Source of the DNA: Takakia lepidozioides
Taxonomy: Eukaryota > Plantae > Bryophyta
Direction of reading: 5' to 3'
NCBI GenBank assembly: GCA_030704615.1
Contig: CM060731.1
Span: 26,226,001-26,290,000, forward strand
Length of the DNA stretch: 64,000 nucleotides
Part shown: positions 13,546 to 26,349 of the stretch, in pieces
Layout of the letters: every line of letters begins with the position of its first letter
Position numbering within the stretch: position 1 is the first letter of the stretch
Program-made: the position numbers and the translations under genes
Notes under the pieces: model-generated
What the model saw: the letters and a program-made list of their open reading frames with translations, nothing else
Told to the model about the DNA's origin: nothing
Database searches by the model: none

Positions 13546-14205
13546 ATGTTACTCAGGACCGTCCAGCCTCGTTATTGGGGGAATCATCTCGACCCTCCCA
13601 CCCCCATCCGAGAAAATGTGGAGTTTGAGTATTGGGGGAGACGGTATGTTGTGAGAGCCGCTACAGACCCTGCTATGGGTCGGGTTTTATTCACGATCAA
13701 TGATATTGTGGTTCCTCCTCGGAGAAACAGCATGGTGGACTTGTTTCCCTACTACGGTCCATACTACACCTCCCCGGAGTTCCGTACATTACGCCTTGAA
13801 GCCCCATACATCCTACCCTACATTTTGTGTGTCAACGGACAGGATGTACGTAGACGGGGGTTGTTTCCCATTGAGATCAGATTTTGTGATGGTGACCCCG
13901 ACATCTTCGGCAATGTTGCTGGGCTGGTCAATAGTTCTTTTGGTCATCTGAGGAGAACCAATGTAGTATGGGACGAGCGAAGCGATGGGCATGAAAGCTT
14001 TTGTGGTCATACGTCAGTATACTGTGAGGGGATGCACATATTTGTGATGACATGTGCTAGTAGGACTATTAGGGCTGGCAACGAACTATTTGCATCATAC
14101 GAGTTCTCTCGGGATGATTGGGACCTCCAATTACAGCGTGAGTGGGATGTGTATGATAGAAATAGGGTTCCTTTGAGACAGCGATCGAGTAGAGGGGCAT
14201 TGTAG
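13546..14205 (+). CDS. Divergent SET-domain protein (C-terminal part; gene interrupted by the gypsy insertion)
   Basis: GRVLFT, DGDPDIFGNVAGLVNSS and ASRTIRAGNELFASY align by eye with SET motifs GxGLFA, GNxARFINHS and A.RDI..GEEL..DY. The Pro-rich sequence at ~330-669 is the pre-insertion upstream neighbour. Confidence 0.7.
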   Translation: MLLRTVQPRYWGNHLDPPTPIRENVEFEYWGRRYVVRAATDPAMGRVLFTINDIVVPPRRNSMVDLFPYYGPYYTSPEFRTLRLEAPYILPYILCVNGQDVRRRGLFPIEIRFCDGDPDIFGNVAGLVNSSFGHLRRTNVVWDERSDGHESFCGHTSVYCEGMHIFVMTCASRTIRAGNELFASYEFSRDDWDLQLQREWDVYDRNRVPLRQRSSRGAL

Positions 14206-15249
14206 ATATTCTCATGATGTGCTTTGTATACATCCGATTAATCGATTGATGTAAAAAAAATTCTTGTTGCTCGTGTGGGTTGCAACTTTGCATATGTGAT
14301 CTAAACATACTTATGCACATGTGGACCAAATATGAGCTTGAACCAAGTTGATTCAATGGGTCATTCTAGTGTTGAACGCAGCTACGTGTCATAGAGACGG
14401 AAAATTGTGTTTCGCCTGGAGATGATTTTATTTTTATTCCATTTTCAAGCCATATGCTTAATGATAGCATATGCAATGTGCGTGCAAAATTTGGGAGTAA
14501 ACAAAAGTCATTTGGACCCATAACTAGATTTTGTTATCTCATTTGCACTCCAAAATTGAGTTATCTTCAACTTTATGCACTCTTCATAGAGAGTTTTGCA
14601 AAAGTGACCCTAGAAACACACTTTTTTTTTGTCCCATTTTTTGCATGGATGTAGTGGTGCAAAGCCTGATGTCATAGAACAAAATAGAGCTAAAAATAAA
14701 ATCATTACGCCCCTCAAAACGCAATCATATATTTCTAAATGCAAATATTTATTTTAAATTTTAAATTTTAAATTCGATTTAATTCAAAATTGAAGGGTGA
14801 GTGCCGTTGGGAGTTTTTTTTTTTTTTTTTTTTTTTTTTCCCCTGCTGGATCTTTGTACAGGTGTTGCACACATATTTAAGCACATGTAGGAAAAAATGA
14901 AGCTTGAGCCACATCCGTTTGTTGGGTGCAATGGCATGAGAGGATTTTCTTTCACATTAATACACAAAAATTGGTTGATAGGGTGAATGCGTCATTGGGG
15001 GGGCAAATGATTTTGTTTGGGTTTGAAACTTTGCATGCGTGTACGTTGCGCACATACATGTAATTATTGAATGACATATTTGATGCATACACACATTGAA
15101 GGTTGTTGTTTGCATTTCGTTTATAATGAAGTGTATGGTTGCAAGGACACATTATAATATATGTCCCTATGTTCATTTGTTCGTATCAAGACTTTGTCCA
15201 TCCCTTCCTGGTCTTTTCTCTTGGCACCCCATCCAAAAACAACTCAAGT

Positions 15250-18200
15250 ACATCAGGCGGGAGCCATGGGCGAGACGCCGCCCCCACGGTACCGGACGAT
15301 GATGACTATGACAGTGATAGTGACAGTGACAACAACAATGAGCATGGAATTAACCAGGAGGATGTGCAAGCCATGGAGGATCTCACCATGTGGGCGCTGA
15401 TGCATCCCATGAAGAGGGAACCCGGCCAATCGATGATCCTGAAATGGCCCCCTCAAATGACATGGAGAGGGAGGCGAGAACTCCCTTGTACGAAGGGGCG
15501 AAAGTGAGTCGACTTTCAACAATCTTACTTTTGCTCAATCTTCAAATTCGATTTGGCATAAGTATTGTTGGGATGTTTGCCATAATGCAAACTATTGTAG
15601 ACTATATCCTTGCTCCACACTTGAAACCCAAGATGCCACGGTCGCGGAAAGAGGCGCGCGAAGTCTTGGACTCTGTGGGGATGGGCTATAAGATTTTTCA
15701 TGCATGTCCATGTGATAAAACCCTATACTACGGAGAGGATTCGCATCTCACCAAGTGCCCAAAGTACAAGAAAGACCGATATCGGGATGATGTCCAAGGA
15801 AAAAAAGTACCACGCAAGGTATAAACGTCATTCCCCCTCGCATGAAGATTATTTTCTTTAATCTTCTCAATGTATGTAAAGTGTATTCCACAAAGTTTAG
15901 GGTTTAGAGAGTAGTACTCATGCAAGATCTGATTGTGGTTTTGGAAGGAGTGAGTGAGGAGTGGAAGGAGCGACGTATGGTTTTGACCATTCACACCCAA
16001 ATGAGGGAGAGGCTGCATAAAGGGAAAGGCATAAGGGTGTTGTATTATGTGTGCTAATGGGATGATTACATGTGGGGGGCGTGGGGTATTTCATCCTAGA
16101 AAATGCATTACTTTCCGATCATCCCATAATTGAGGGCACAGTACTGAAGCCCCGAATTGGCCAGACTCATGAGATGGCACGCCTCGCATCGGAGCCCCCC
16201 GGGAAAGGTGTGTGGGCCACAAGATTCACAAGCATGGTGGCATATTGAAGAGATGTGGCTTTTCTCTTGGAGGACCCACGACATGTCCACCTCGGCTTCT
16301 CCTCGGATGGGGTCAACCCATTCTCTGTCCAGTCATGTAGTCATTCCACTTGGCCGTGACCATGGTGAATTACAACATCCCTCCATATCTTTCAATTAAA
16401 AAGGCCATATCATGTTGGCTGCCATTGTGCCAGGTGAGTGTACTCATTTCATGTTTATTAGTGCCTTCGACTTTACATTAAACTTCTGATCTTTGACGCA
16501 ATTCGGATGCAAGATTGATGAGTGACATAATCATGGAGTAAGACGTGTAATTCATTTTGTAGTATAATCTGCATTGGTGGAGCATTGAAACAATGATGTG
16601 AATGTTCATAGGGAAAAAATAAGTGGCAAACATGACACGTACTTGCGACCTCTTGTTGATGAACTTAAAGAGCTATGGAGGGGGGTCCCGCATTGGATGC
16701 TTCACTTGACCCTATGGCCGGACAATCTTTTCAGATGAGAGACATCTTACTTTGGACAATGCATGATTATCCAGGAATATTATGTTCCCCATGAACAACC
16801 CGCGTACATTCACTTGTCAATGCCGGATAATATCGATGAAAATTGGGATTGATTGAAGTAGCGGCGACAGTCTTGTGCACCGTAGTGGGGTAGATGACAT
16901 TATGGGCCATGCACATGACAACTTTTTGTTTTTGCTAATGTGGCGGGATGTGTAGTACATGACTAACTGTTCGGGGCTAAGCACCAAAGGTACCATGCAT
17001 GCTTGCATTGTGGCGATGATCTTGATGCACATAGCTCCCGCCATCTTCACAAGATGGTGTATCCCAACTACCGCAAATTTCTTCCTATGAGCCATCGATG
17101 GAGAAGAAGAGAGAAACACTTGTTTGATGGCAAAGAGGAAGTACGTCCCCCCCCTATGACACCGTCCGGGCAGTTTTGGGAGGACCGATGGAAGGAGGCC
17201 CATGCGGGCACGGACGGTGAAGTGGACGTGCCCGACATGAAACGACTTTCAATCTTCTACGAGTTGTCATATTGGGCGGTACATATTCCACAAAAACCGT
17301 CAATATCCCTATGCATGCATGTGATATTGCACATTTGGTATGCATTGCATTGTCACTTTCACGTAAAAAATTTGTGTAAGTTTTTTGGTGGGGATATATG
17401 TAGGACCTGAAGATTCGCCATCTTCTAGATCCCATGCATATTGAGAAGAATGTCTGTTCGTCCTTTTTTCGGGTTCTTCATGGCACGCGGCAAGAAAGGG
17501 AGTGGCTGCAAAAGGAGATTCTCTCTGTTAGAAAGGAGCTTGAAGAGCAGGGTCGCATGCGCCATCTATGGGCCGAACAAAATGGTGTGGACCCAAAGGG
17601 TGTTGTACGGTGGAATATAGCGCGCACCTTGGCAATGGACAAAGGAGGAATACAAGAAAGTGATAGCCACCATAAATGCTGTCCGAACACCAACTGATGG
17701 GTCATCCCTCCGTACGAAGTTCAACGAAGAAGACGGGGTCCATGGTTTGAAGTCTCATGACTACCACAATCTATTGCAAGACATCTTGCCATTGCAGTAC
17801 GTGGGACATTGACTCCCGAGATCTGAGACAATCTATAGATTGAGAGGCTTGTTCCGGTGGATTTGCTCCAAAGAGTTGGAAGAAGCAGATTTTCCACGCA
17901 TGAAAGAAGGAGGCGGCGGAGGTAAGTTGTATTTGGAGATGCACCTTCCTCCCTCCTTCTTTGACATCCAAGTGCAGTTGGTAGTGCACTTAGTGGAAGA
18001 GGCTTCGCTTGCCGGCCACCGTTCATTCTCTTCTCGGTGGATGTACTTTCCTTGAGCGTTATTGAAGACGTTGCAAGGATTTGTAAGACAAATGGCGCAC
18101 GCCAGAGGGTAAGCACGCGGAGGTGTATACGTTGCAAGAAGCTATGTTCTATTGCACAGAATACATTGACAGGGTGGAATGATGAAGCCCCTCGGATGTG

Positions 18201-19350
18201 GAAAGAAGAGGAGATGCACGAACCAATGACATCATTTTGCCCAAAAAATCGAAGAGGGTAAAATTGCCGACCTTGGTGATTGAGCAAGCGTCATGACTTC
18301 ATACTGAAGAACACCCCATCCATACATGAGTGTGAGGAACGATACAATATCTTGTTCAGCAATGAGAGAGGAGACGCCTTGCATTGGGCGGAACCATCCA
18401 AGGCCGTTTACTATGGCCCACGACGATGAGCGGGCCGCCGGAATGTTCCTCATAAATTTGCCCAGGAATTGTTGCCTCTAAGTTCATTCAACATGGCTTC
18501 GGACTTCAGTTTTGACGCCGTTGCTTAAGGAGAGGTGGTTCAGATTTGGTGCAAGACATTCCAAGGGCCCTCTCAATTTCGCGACCTCATACACTGCGGT
18601 TGGGTTCACGGTCATCATTTCCGCATTCGTGCTCTTGACATGAAGCGCAAACAACCTTTGATTCTGGCTTGTATATTGGCAATACCTCCGTATGGGGCAA
18701 GGGAGATACACGACCTGCTATGAGCAAACTTGAGTACTTAGAGAGCTTGAGACATACTCCAACTTCAGTATACAATGTACCGGCCTCTTCTCTTCAAGGG
18801 AAGGTGGTTCCAGCCACATCTTGTGGGGCCTCCCACACTAGTGCACGATGATTGTGGTTTCATGCGCGTCAATGCAGATAGGCTCAACCCTACTCATCGT
18901 CCCTCCGATGAAGCCTTTTTCACGACTTTCAGACATGGAGCAGTTTTCTTCTCCGATGACAAAACAAGAGGGGGGAAGTGGAGGTGGTTGTGCATAGCTC
19001 AGCCAAGAGGAAGACGGTCTATTCATGGTCTCTCGGATCTCCATTGGGTGAGGCAATTACGGTGGACAGAGAGACTGGTCATAATGATGCTGATGATGGA
19101 GTTTGGGTAGAGGGGGGGTAGAAGAGGATGATGATGCCCCGGACAATGCATCTTGGACCCTATATTATGAAGCTCGAGAAGAATACGGATTTTTGGAGAA
19201 GGAGACAACGACATGGCCATTGGCAACGATGTGGAGGATGATTCGGAGGTGTCTTTTGAGGGCCGGCCCTTTATGACGATGACTCCGATGACCAAGAAGA
19301 CGTGCCGCTTGATGAGGATGAAAAGGCTCCCGGATGATGATGTTTAAGTT
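15250..19350 (+). pseudogene. CACTA/En-Spm transposase (TnpD/Tnp2-like), intron-containing, frameshifted
   Basis: IFHACPCDKTLY..C (Transposase_21 N-region), DGVNPFS, WTMHDYPG, IFYELSYW, LDPMHIEKNVC, GLKSHDYH, LEMHLPPSFFDIQVQLVVHL, and LFKGRWF...DDCGF (DUF4218/DUF4216-like). Confidence 0.92.
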
Positions 19351-20243
19351 GATAAGACACAAAATCAAAGCTACATAACAATTCTCCCTCGCCGCGAACT
19401 GGACCCATCCCTTCGATTGATTTTACATGTACATGCATATTGTAGTTTATTTCTATGATTCAATCAAATATGGCTGTGGCTGGTAGTCTTTCAAGAAATA
19501 AGGCAGAGGCAATGAATATATTGGAGTCAACACATATAAGATTTGGCATCAAAAGAATTATCATATCGAAATAATGTCACAATCTACAAGAAGGTCCACA
19601 ACAACAAGCTAAACCATCAAGAAAAACAAACATCCTAAACCCCTCAGTACCATATGGAAAAAAAAAAAAAAAAAAACTAAGAACCCCCAAAGGGCCCTAA
19701 ACCTAAACCTAGAAAGCCCTGCCGTCGCTGCCTGCACCTGTCCATGCGACGCGATTTTTTAGGCCGGGGGTCGCAAACTGCGCGGCCAACCGTCACCGAT
19801 CTGCGACCAATTTTTTTGAATGGATTTATGAGGCCGGGGGTTGCACACGGCGACGGCCAGCCATGCACACTGTGACCCAATTCTTTTTTTTTCAAGAATA
19901 GGGCAGCCGGGGCAGTTTTGCGAGCGCCCCGTCGCAGGGGCCTTTTGTGCCCTTCATGGCACCATGCGACGGCCTGGTCGTCGCAAAAAAGGTTGCGATG
20001 AAAGAAGGGTTTTTTTTTTTTCCCGGCGTGCAACGAGCGGCCGTCGCCCGAAAGGGCTGCCTTCTGCCTCTCGCTGGGGGCGACACTTTGGCGTCGCATG
20101 GAAGGCTGCCATTTGCCCTCCATTACTTTCCCTCCGTGCGACAGCCAGGCGAGTGCGCCTGGCCCCGGCGCCAGGTAGCTGCCCCTCGGTTTGGCGGCGA
20201 CGGCTCGGCGCCACGCGGGGCGTGGGGGCACGGCTTGCGTCGC

Positions 20244-20274
<31 letters not shown>

Positions 20275-20286
20275 TTTGTTGTAGTG

Positions 20287-22300
20287 AGAGGTGGTTGCAT
20301 ATTTGCTCCTCTGATCCAAGGAGGTAGACTCCCTGAAGAAAAAATGTACTTCGTGAAACCCCCACCGTAACGCACGTAAGAAACAAGATTTGATGAGGAA
20401 GCTTGGGTTGAGAAGAACACGAATACGTTTGAAAAGACATTGCGCTTCCTAAAGGCAGACAGTATGTGATGTATTCCTTCCTCTCAAACACAAGATCCTC
20501 TCTGTCTCCAATTGTGTTCACAAAGACCATACCAATGTTTTGAAATTTCATCCTGTTGAAGAATGAAAGACGGCTAGCAGCGTTCGAGAACCTCCTCTTT
20601 GCACCCAACATGACATAGCAGTCCTTAAATGATCGTGTCAGGTCGTCGTTGTACGTCGTCATCTCCTCAGTTTTTTTCTTCCAAGACAGTACATAGCTCT
20701 TGAATGGCTCCGGGATCGAGGGTGTCATCTTGTTCATATTGGCCTTGTCTGTCAGATATTCCGCCGTTGTTTTAGACTGCATGGCCTTAAAAACCGTCTT
20801 AGTGATTTTGAGGTCATGTTTCACCTTTGTCCATTCCTTCTTCGTGTACGGTTCTGGATTGCTTTTGGACCGGTCTGCTCCTCTGAGTACCACCATGATG
20901 TCATCAACCACAAACCTTCGTGTTTTCATGTAATCATATAGTCGTTCATGCTCCTCAAGGTTTGATCCTTACCCTTATATGGATTTCTAATGCCCACCCT
21001 CAAGTCCAGGATCCTCTGTGCCACCTTCTTGATCTGTCGCTGGTTAAGCCCTTGAAGCTTTTGGATAGCTGACTTTGTCAATGGAACCTGCTCAGAGTTG
21101 CGTACAATCCCCATAGCATCAATGAGCTCCCCCTTGTCCCACTTTCGAAACCCAGTCTCCCACAACTCCTAGATGTCCTCATCAGCATGGACCAATGCCA
21201 ACGCTTCTTTCGAGGAGTTCTTCTCCAGTATAACCAATGCCGTTTGCATAAACTCCTGGGATGAAGAGCACAATTATTTTTAGACCTAACAAATTATCAG
21301 TGAGGAAATTCCAAAAACCCTATCTAGATACTAGTATGTACATAAATGAAGAAAAAGACTATTAGAAGAATGTTTACCTTCCACAAGCCAGTCTTGTTCT
21401 TTTTTGCATTATCGTTGTATTTCGGCAGCTTCCTAATTGATGCATAAAAGCTTATCAAGTGACCCAATTTCTCGTTAAAAGTCGTGTCAAACTTTTGTGC
21501 TTTGTTCGGATAATTTAAAAGCTCGGAGAGCTTCACCAGTTGCAAGTGCTCTTTTGACCACACAATCCTGGCCAGCCATTCTCCAAAGTAGTTTGCGAGC
21601 TGCTAGTCTATATCCAAATCCTCAACAAGTTCCTACAGACATAGTTCCATGTTGTAAAGATTTAATTCATTCGACGTCGACATTGACGTCGACGTTCAAT
21701 TGACTCGACGGTATCCTACTTCATTCTAATAGACGTCCATAGCATATAACGTCGACATGAATGTCGAGGTTCTAGACCAATTTCAAATCCACTTGTTGAA
21801 TTCTAGAGTTAAGAGACATAGATCTGGTTAACGAGTACCTTGGTAGCCACGATCGTGTGTTGCCCTCCGATAATGAAATTTTTTGTCGAAGCATCGTCGA
21901 TCTCCGCTGATCTCGTTGGTATCTTCTCACACACATCGTCCTCCTTCTCTGGATCAATTGGAGTGAGGTATACCGGATGTTGGGCATCCAGACGTCGAAG
22001 CTGCAGGAGTCTGGTTTTGACCTCATCCTTGTGCTTGAGGTTCAAAGGTCGGTAAACCATATGTTTAGGAGCAAGATTCATTCGCGATATCGGTATTTTG
22101 AAAGTTCTACTAAAATCGAATGGAAACATGTCTCCATAGTATTCTACTAGATTTTTTGTCAGTTCTATTGACGTATCCTTGTCGTAAATAATCAAAAAAT
22201 GATTCAAGTTCAATGAAGACAGCAACATTGGTCAGGATACCAAACATTTATCCGCTCCTGGGGCCGTTTTCAGGATATTGTTCGCAGCCGGTAATGAAAA
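20287..22300 (-). pseudogene. Multi-exon gene for an unknown protein with a ParB/sulfiredoxin-like N-terminal motif, truncated by the CACTA end
   Basis: Collinear minus-strand ORFs 21809-22228, 21324-21563, 20926-21165 and 20290-20929; motif KIPISRM...YRPLN..H.......FIIGGQHTIVA. Confidence 0.5.
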
Positions 22301-22936
22301 CATGAAACAAAGAACGGAAACACCAGCAAGACGAAGACGTAAGTCTATGGTAGGGTCATCAGTAACAGAACAGGATCAGGAAGGTGCTGGATCATCCTCA
22401 AAGAAGAGGAAACCAAAGAAATCCATTGATCAGCCCTTGCTCCCGAAGTAAAGATCACCAGCATTGGAGACAACATGTTCGTTTGGGTTGTCGTGCGCAT
22501 ACATATCGCTACACAATTACATCGCTGTCCAAACCACACCACACATATATGCACAATAAAATAGTCTGCCACAATAGATAAACAAAAGCTAAAAGGACAC
22601 ACATTCTCAACACAAGAAATATGAAATCCATCGCTATCACTCTTTAAAATAGAAGTCGAGCCAGGGGCACCCCAAGCTATGGGGACTCCACCCAACAACA
22701 ACCTACACTCCCATCATAAGCACACTCAGATCTAAACGCATGAAGGAGCTCGGTCGAGCAGGCTCAACTCGAGAGAGATGAGCTGCGCGACTGACACTCT
22801 CGTGAAGATAAGATAGTTCAGGTGTCAAGCTCAAACTTGACACCTGACTTAACACTTGAACTAAATCCAAGTGTTAAATACAAATAACTAGTTTTATTCT
22901 AGTTAGTTTCACACTGCGTTTATTTAACTTGACAGC

Positions 22937-23372
22937 TGTCCTCGCCTGAACTTGTGGTAATCGTCCATAGGCGGGCCTTCCAAATGCTGGAACAGTCCCT
23001 TCCACGCCATGAATGGGGTGAATAGCTGTGGATTGCGCATCTGCTGCAAATCACACCAGCTGTCGAACTCCTGGATAAAGTCATCCAACTCGATTGTGCC
23101 CACAACTCCTGAGTACCTACGAGGCCCCTTGGTAGCTCCATACATCTCCTCCATGTCGTCCCACAACAATGGCGAATGAAACTGCACACCTGTTGATGAA
23201 GCCTTCGAGTCTGTGTCTGACTTTGCACTAGTTGAGGGTGGAGGTGAAGGTGGTCTGAAACGAACACCTCGTCTGGTGAACCCACTCTCACTGCTACTGC
23301 CTGTAGCCGTACTCCCCTCAGAACCCCTGGGTAACTCCGTGATGACACTCACAATGTGCACCTCCCCCACGT
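22937..23372 (-). pseudogene. gag: 5' fragment of gag
   Basis: Near-identical to the N-terminus of ORF 35532-37370 (IELDDFIQEFDSWCDLQQMRNPQLF); truncated at the TGTC junction. Confidence 0.9.
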
Positions 23373-23919
23373 GACACTTTAAGGCTCTATTACTAATTCT
23401 AATAGTGACACGGGTAGGCACCTGTTGTAGTTTAAGGGTCATATCCCAGTGGCTCAGGGCACCTGCACCTGCATCCACCGCAAAAACTCCTTTGGTTGGC
23501 TGGTCATCAACCCAGTCTCACCATAGAAGAAACACTGGTGGTCTTGCTGGTCATCACTCACTCCAGCCTCACCACCGACAACATACTCTAGGATTGACCG
23601 CTGATCAAATCCGGCCTAATCCCTATGAAAGCAAGCGCCCACACAAACCAACATGGTGCACAGTCAAGCATGCAGGTGTTTGGGGGGATCCAAACACAAG
23701 AAATCAAAACATCAACACCCCCACACCAAAATCCATCTACAGTGCTGACCTGCAGAATATCCCAGCCCAAAACCCCGGACTGACTGGCCTCCACCAAGAG
23801 AGGCTTTGGCAACTACGAGTACAAGGTAATGAAAATAGTACAGAGATGGAGGGGAAGAATAGAAGCCCGACCAAGCAAGATCTAACCCTGATCTATGCTA
23901 TCAACTGCCAGACTTCTCT

Positions 23920-24642
23920 CTAAGTGCCTCGCTCTGCATGATGGTAAGGTGTAGGAGGTATATCTATGTCCAGAAACCTGCCACTAACCTTGTCCCAAGC
24001 TACAGTAGCTCGCTCTAACCAACCCTCCTCCTCTTTCTGCCAAGTAGAAACAAAGCAATACTCCCCTATCTCCCGCTCACTGAACACTAAAGAAAACAAA
24101 GGTAGGGTCTGATAGTCTCTCAACTCGAAAGCTTTGAGACGGTTGCGGGTGTCCTCATTGCGAATGACTGCATCTCCTTCAAACAGAACAAACTTGTCCT
24201 CGCTAATGAACCCCCGCTCGTGGTTGCCTTGTGCAGAGCGTGTTTGGCTGCAATGCTGTCTGATTGCACAAACTTGTGTAGCTCCTGCTCCTCTACTCCA
24301 ATACACCACGGCCTTGTGGCTGAACACCTTGGTCCCCGGGGCTGTCTTTGGCTGTGTTCCAAGCCTAGCTTTCACCCACTTTGGTATTCCACCTAAAGCT
24401 GCAGAACTGCTGGCTCCAACAGGGTCCTGACTGTCCAAAGCAATATTGAGGCCCTCAACGCCAACTACAGCAGTTTGTTGTCCACTGCTAATGCCTGACT
24501 CCCAGTATGCAATCAACTCGTCCAACTGTTTTCCATTCAAATCAGTCTGAGTTCCTTGGGAAACATAAATCTTGTCCCCTTGGGTGCACAGGCTAAGAGA
24601 AGAGACCTGCCCTTCAATTACGTCCTCATTTCCCCCAGCCAT
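23920..24642 (-). CDS. Element-encoded extra ORF (ORF0, 240 aa) upstream of gag, unknown function
   Basis: ATG-initiated open frame; homologous sequence at the same position in the second copy (~37915-38636). Confidence 0.65.
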   Translation of the reverse strand: MAGGNEDVIEGQVSSLSLCTQGDKIYVSQGTQTDLNGKQLDELIAYWESGISSGQQTAVVGVEGLNIALDSQDPVGASSSAALGGIPKWVKARLGTQPKTAPGTKVFSHKAVVYWSRGAGATQVCAIRQHCSQTRSAQGNHERGFISEDKFVLFEGDAVIRNEDTRNRLKAFELRDYQTLPLFSLVFSEREIGEYCFVSTWQKEEEGWLERATVAWDKVSGRFLDIDIPPTPYHHAERGT

Positions 24643-25032
24643 ACAAGGAGTACATCCCCAGATTTATCTCTCATGTAGACCAGAACAGGTTCTAGAAACA
24701 AGATTGTGGATCTTTCATGGCACACTCATACTCTAAAAATTCCATAGATTTTTAGCAGAGTCCCAAAAACAAAAACCAGGTCTAGATAGGTAGATTTCCC
24801 CTTTCTTTAGGTCCATGCGCAAGTTTTGGGTCCAACGGCCTTGGTAGGCCAAAGTTATGGCCAAACAGGCTCTATCTAATTTAAATTAGATCAAAGAACA
24901 ATTTTTTTTTAAAAAAAATACTTGTCTTGGTTCCTGTTCCCTGGTTAACTACGGGTTCCCGAGGCCGTTCCCCTTGCACTGTGGGCACACTACTGCCCCA
25001 TTTCCGAGCGCACTCCATAGCAGCAGTCTTCC

Positions 25033-25034
<2 letters not shown>

Positions 25035-25070
<36 letters not shown>
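25035..25070 (+). repeat. (GA)n microsatellite
   Basis: Pure GA run. Confidence 0.95.
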
Positions 25071-25073
<3 letters not shown>

Positions 25074-25134
25074 ATGGTGGGACTTACAACAATAGCACAG
25101 GGCATCACCGCGTCCTTGGCATCAGCGGCATGGG

Positions 25135-25311
25135 GGCATCTCCTATTTGAGGTATTCGGATTGACCTAACCCTGATCTTCACAAACCACAGTCCATCAGC
25201 GTTGGTTGTCAACAGAACCTGATCAATCATGCCACTTTCACTGTGGCGCAAATATGTGCTCTGGTCACGCTTGGTGTAGCGCTGTGCTTGACTGGCATTG
25301 TCATCCTCCAC
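25135..25311 (-). pseudogene. NRPB2: Captured fragment of RNA polymerase II second-largest subunit
   Basis: [48 protein letters not shown] matches conserved RPB2 sequence. Confidence 0.9.
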
Positions 25312-26349
25312 ATGTTCATATCATGCCTGCGATCACCACCCAAGTTGACCCCAACCAGTATTGATAGTGAGTGCAACTCGGTTGTTCTCCACACGCTCCA
25401 TCATGCCTGCGATCAGCTTCCACACAAGGTGGTCCATTTCCGATGCCTGGCCTCCGCCCTCAATGTAGATGATATGACTCTTAACTCCCCAAATGTATGG
25501 GCCTGAGCAGCTCTCCAGCTATCCATTTCACTCCAGGCACTTTGTATTCATCCTAGGGACGTTGTGGTAGTGCAGATATCAGCGTTCACAGCTTGCCAGC
25601 CCCTCCCTTGCGAACTGCGGTTATCCAACTCATGCCAGCGCTGCTCCATGCTGCACGGTAGAGCTTTCTTTGTGAAGGATCTTGAAATAAACCTGGCAGG
25701 TTTGAATCTTTCTTATAGTAGTCACATTGTAACAGAGCCATCAAGCAACAAATTGCAGTGGCAGTCGTTTACTGGATCCTCGCAACAGCCTTCCTTGCAG
25801 GATTCTTTACCTAGTTGGTTCACATTAGCAAATGAATCAGCATCTTCATCTCGTCAAGTGGTTGGAATGCCTGAGTGGTCACTGCCCATCAATCAAACTC
25901 AGACGGAGAACGGTTTGCTTGGTCTGCAAGGACACTCTTTGTCAGTAGGTGTTTGCCCCAAACAGCCAGAGCTGCAGCAGGTCTGCACACCCAGCCCGCA
26001 GGTGGAGCAAGACTGCAAGATATGTGGGTTCACGTTGACAAACAAGCGGACATGGCCAGTCTCCAGTCCCCAGATCACTCAAGGTGAGGATTCTGAAAGC
26101 TCAGGGCATTGCCCAGTGGCAGAAATAGCTAAGCCTTCTACCTATGGTAACTTGGGGACAGGAGCATCACTTGCAATGGTTGAGCAAGAGATAACCCCAC
26201 AATCCACGGGCCCCAACACCAATCTTGGAGGGCACGGACGACACTCGCAAGGCCCGACCACTCAGCAACCTCTGCTGCCGCACAGCATCCACGCCTGCAG
26301 CGGGAGTCACCAAGGCCCTGGCAGCTACGGTCGCTACGGTCGGTTTTCC

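Larger units (their letters stand above)
1..20286 (+). mobile_element. CACTA (En/Spm) DNA transposon; right end in window, left end presumed beyond window start
   Basis: Right terminus ...CTTTGTTGTAGTG ends at 20286 (reverse complement CACTACAACAAAG). It is preceded by a GC-rich subterminal region (~19720-20245) with repeated TGCGAC/GTCGCA motifs, and an En/Spm transposase lies upstream. No matching left TIR was seen, so the left extent is inferred. Confidence 0.7.

Noticed and set aside
19677-20420. Several overlapping 120-250 aa ORFs
   Set aside because: They arise from the GC-rich CACTA subterminal region and a poly-C run and have no protein-like motifs.
22485-22489. 5-bp TSD GGGTT for the short copy
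   Set aside because: It would remove the terminal T of TGTC; the second copy clearly shows a 4-bp TSD.
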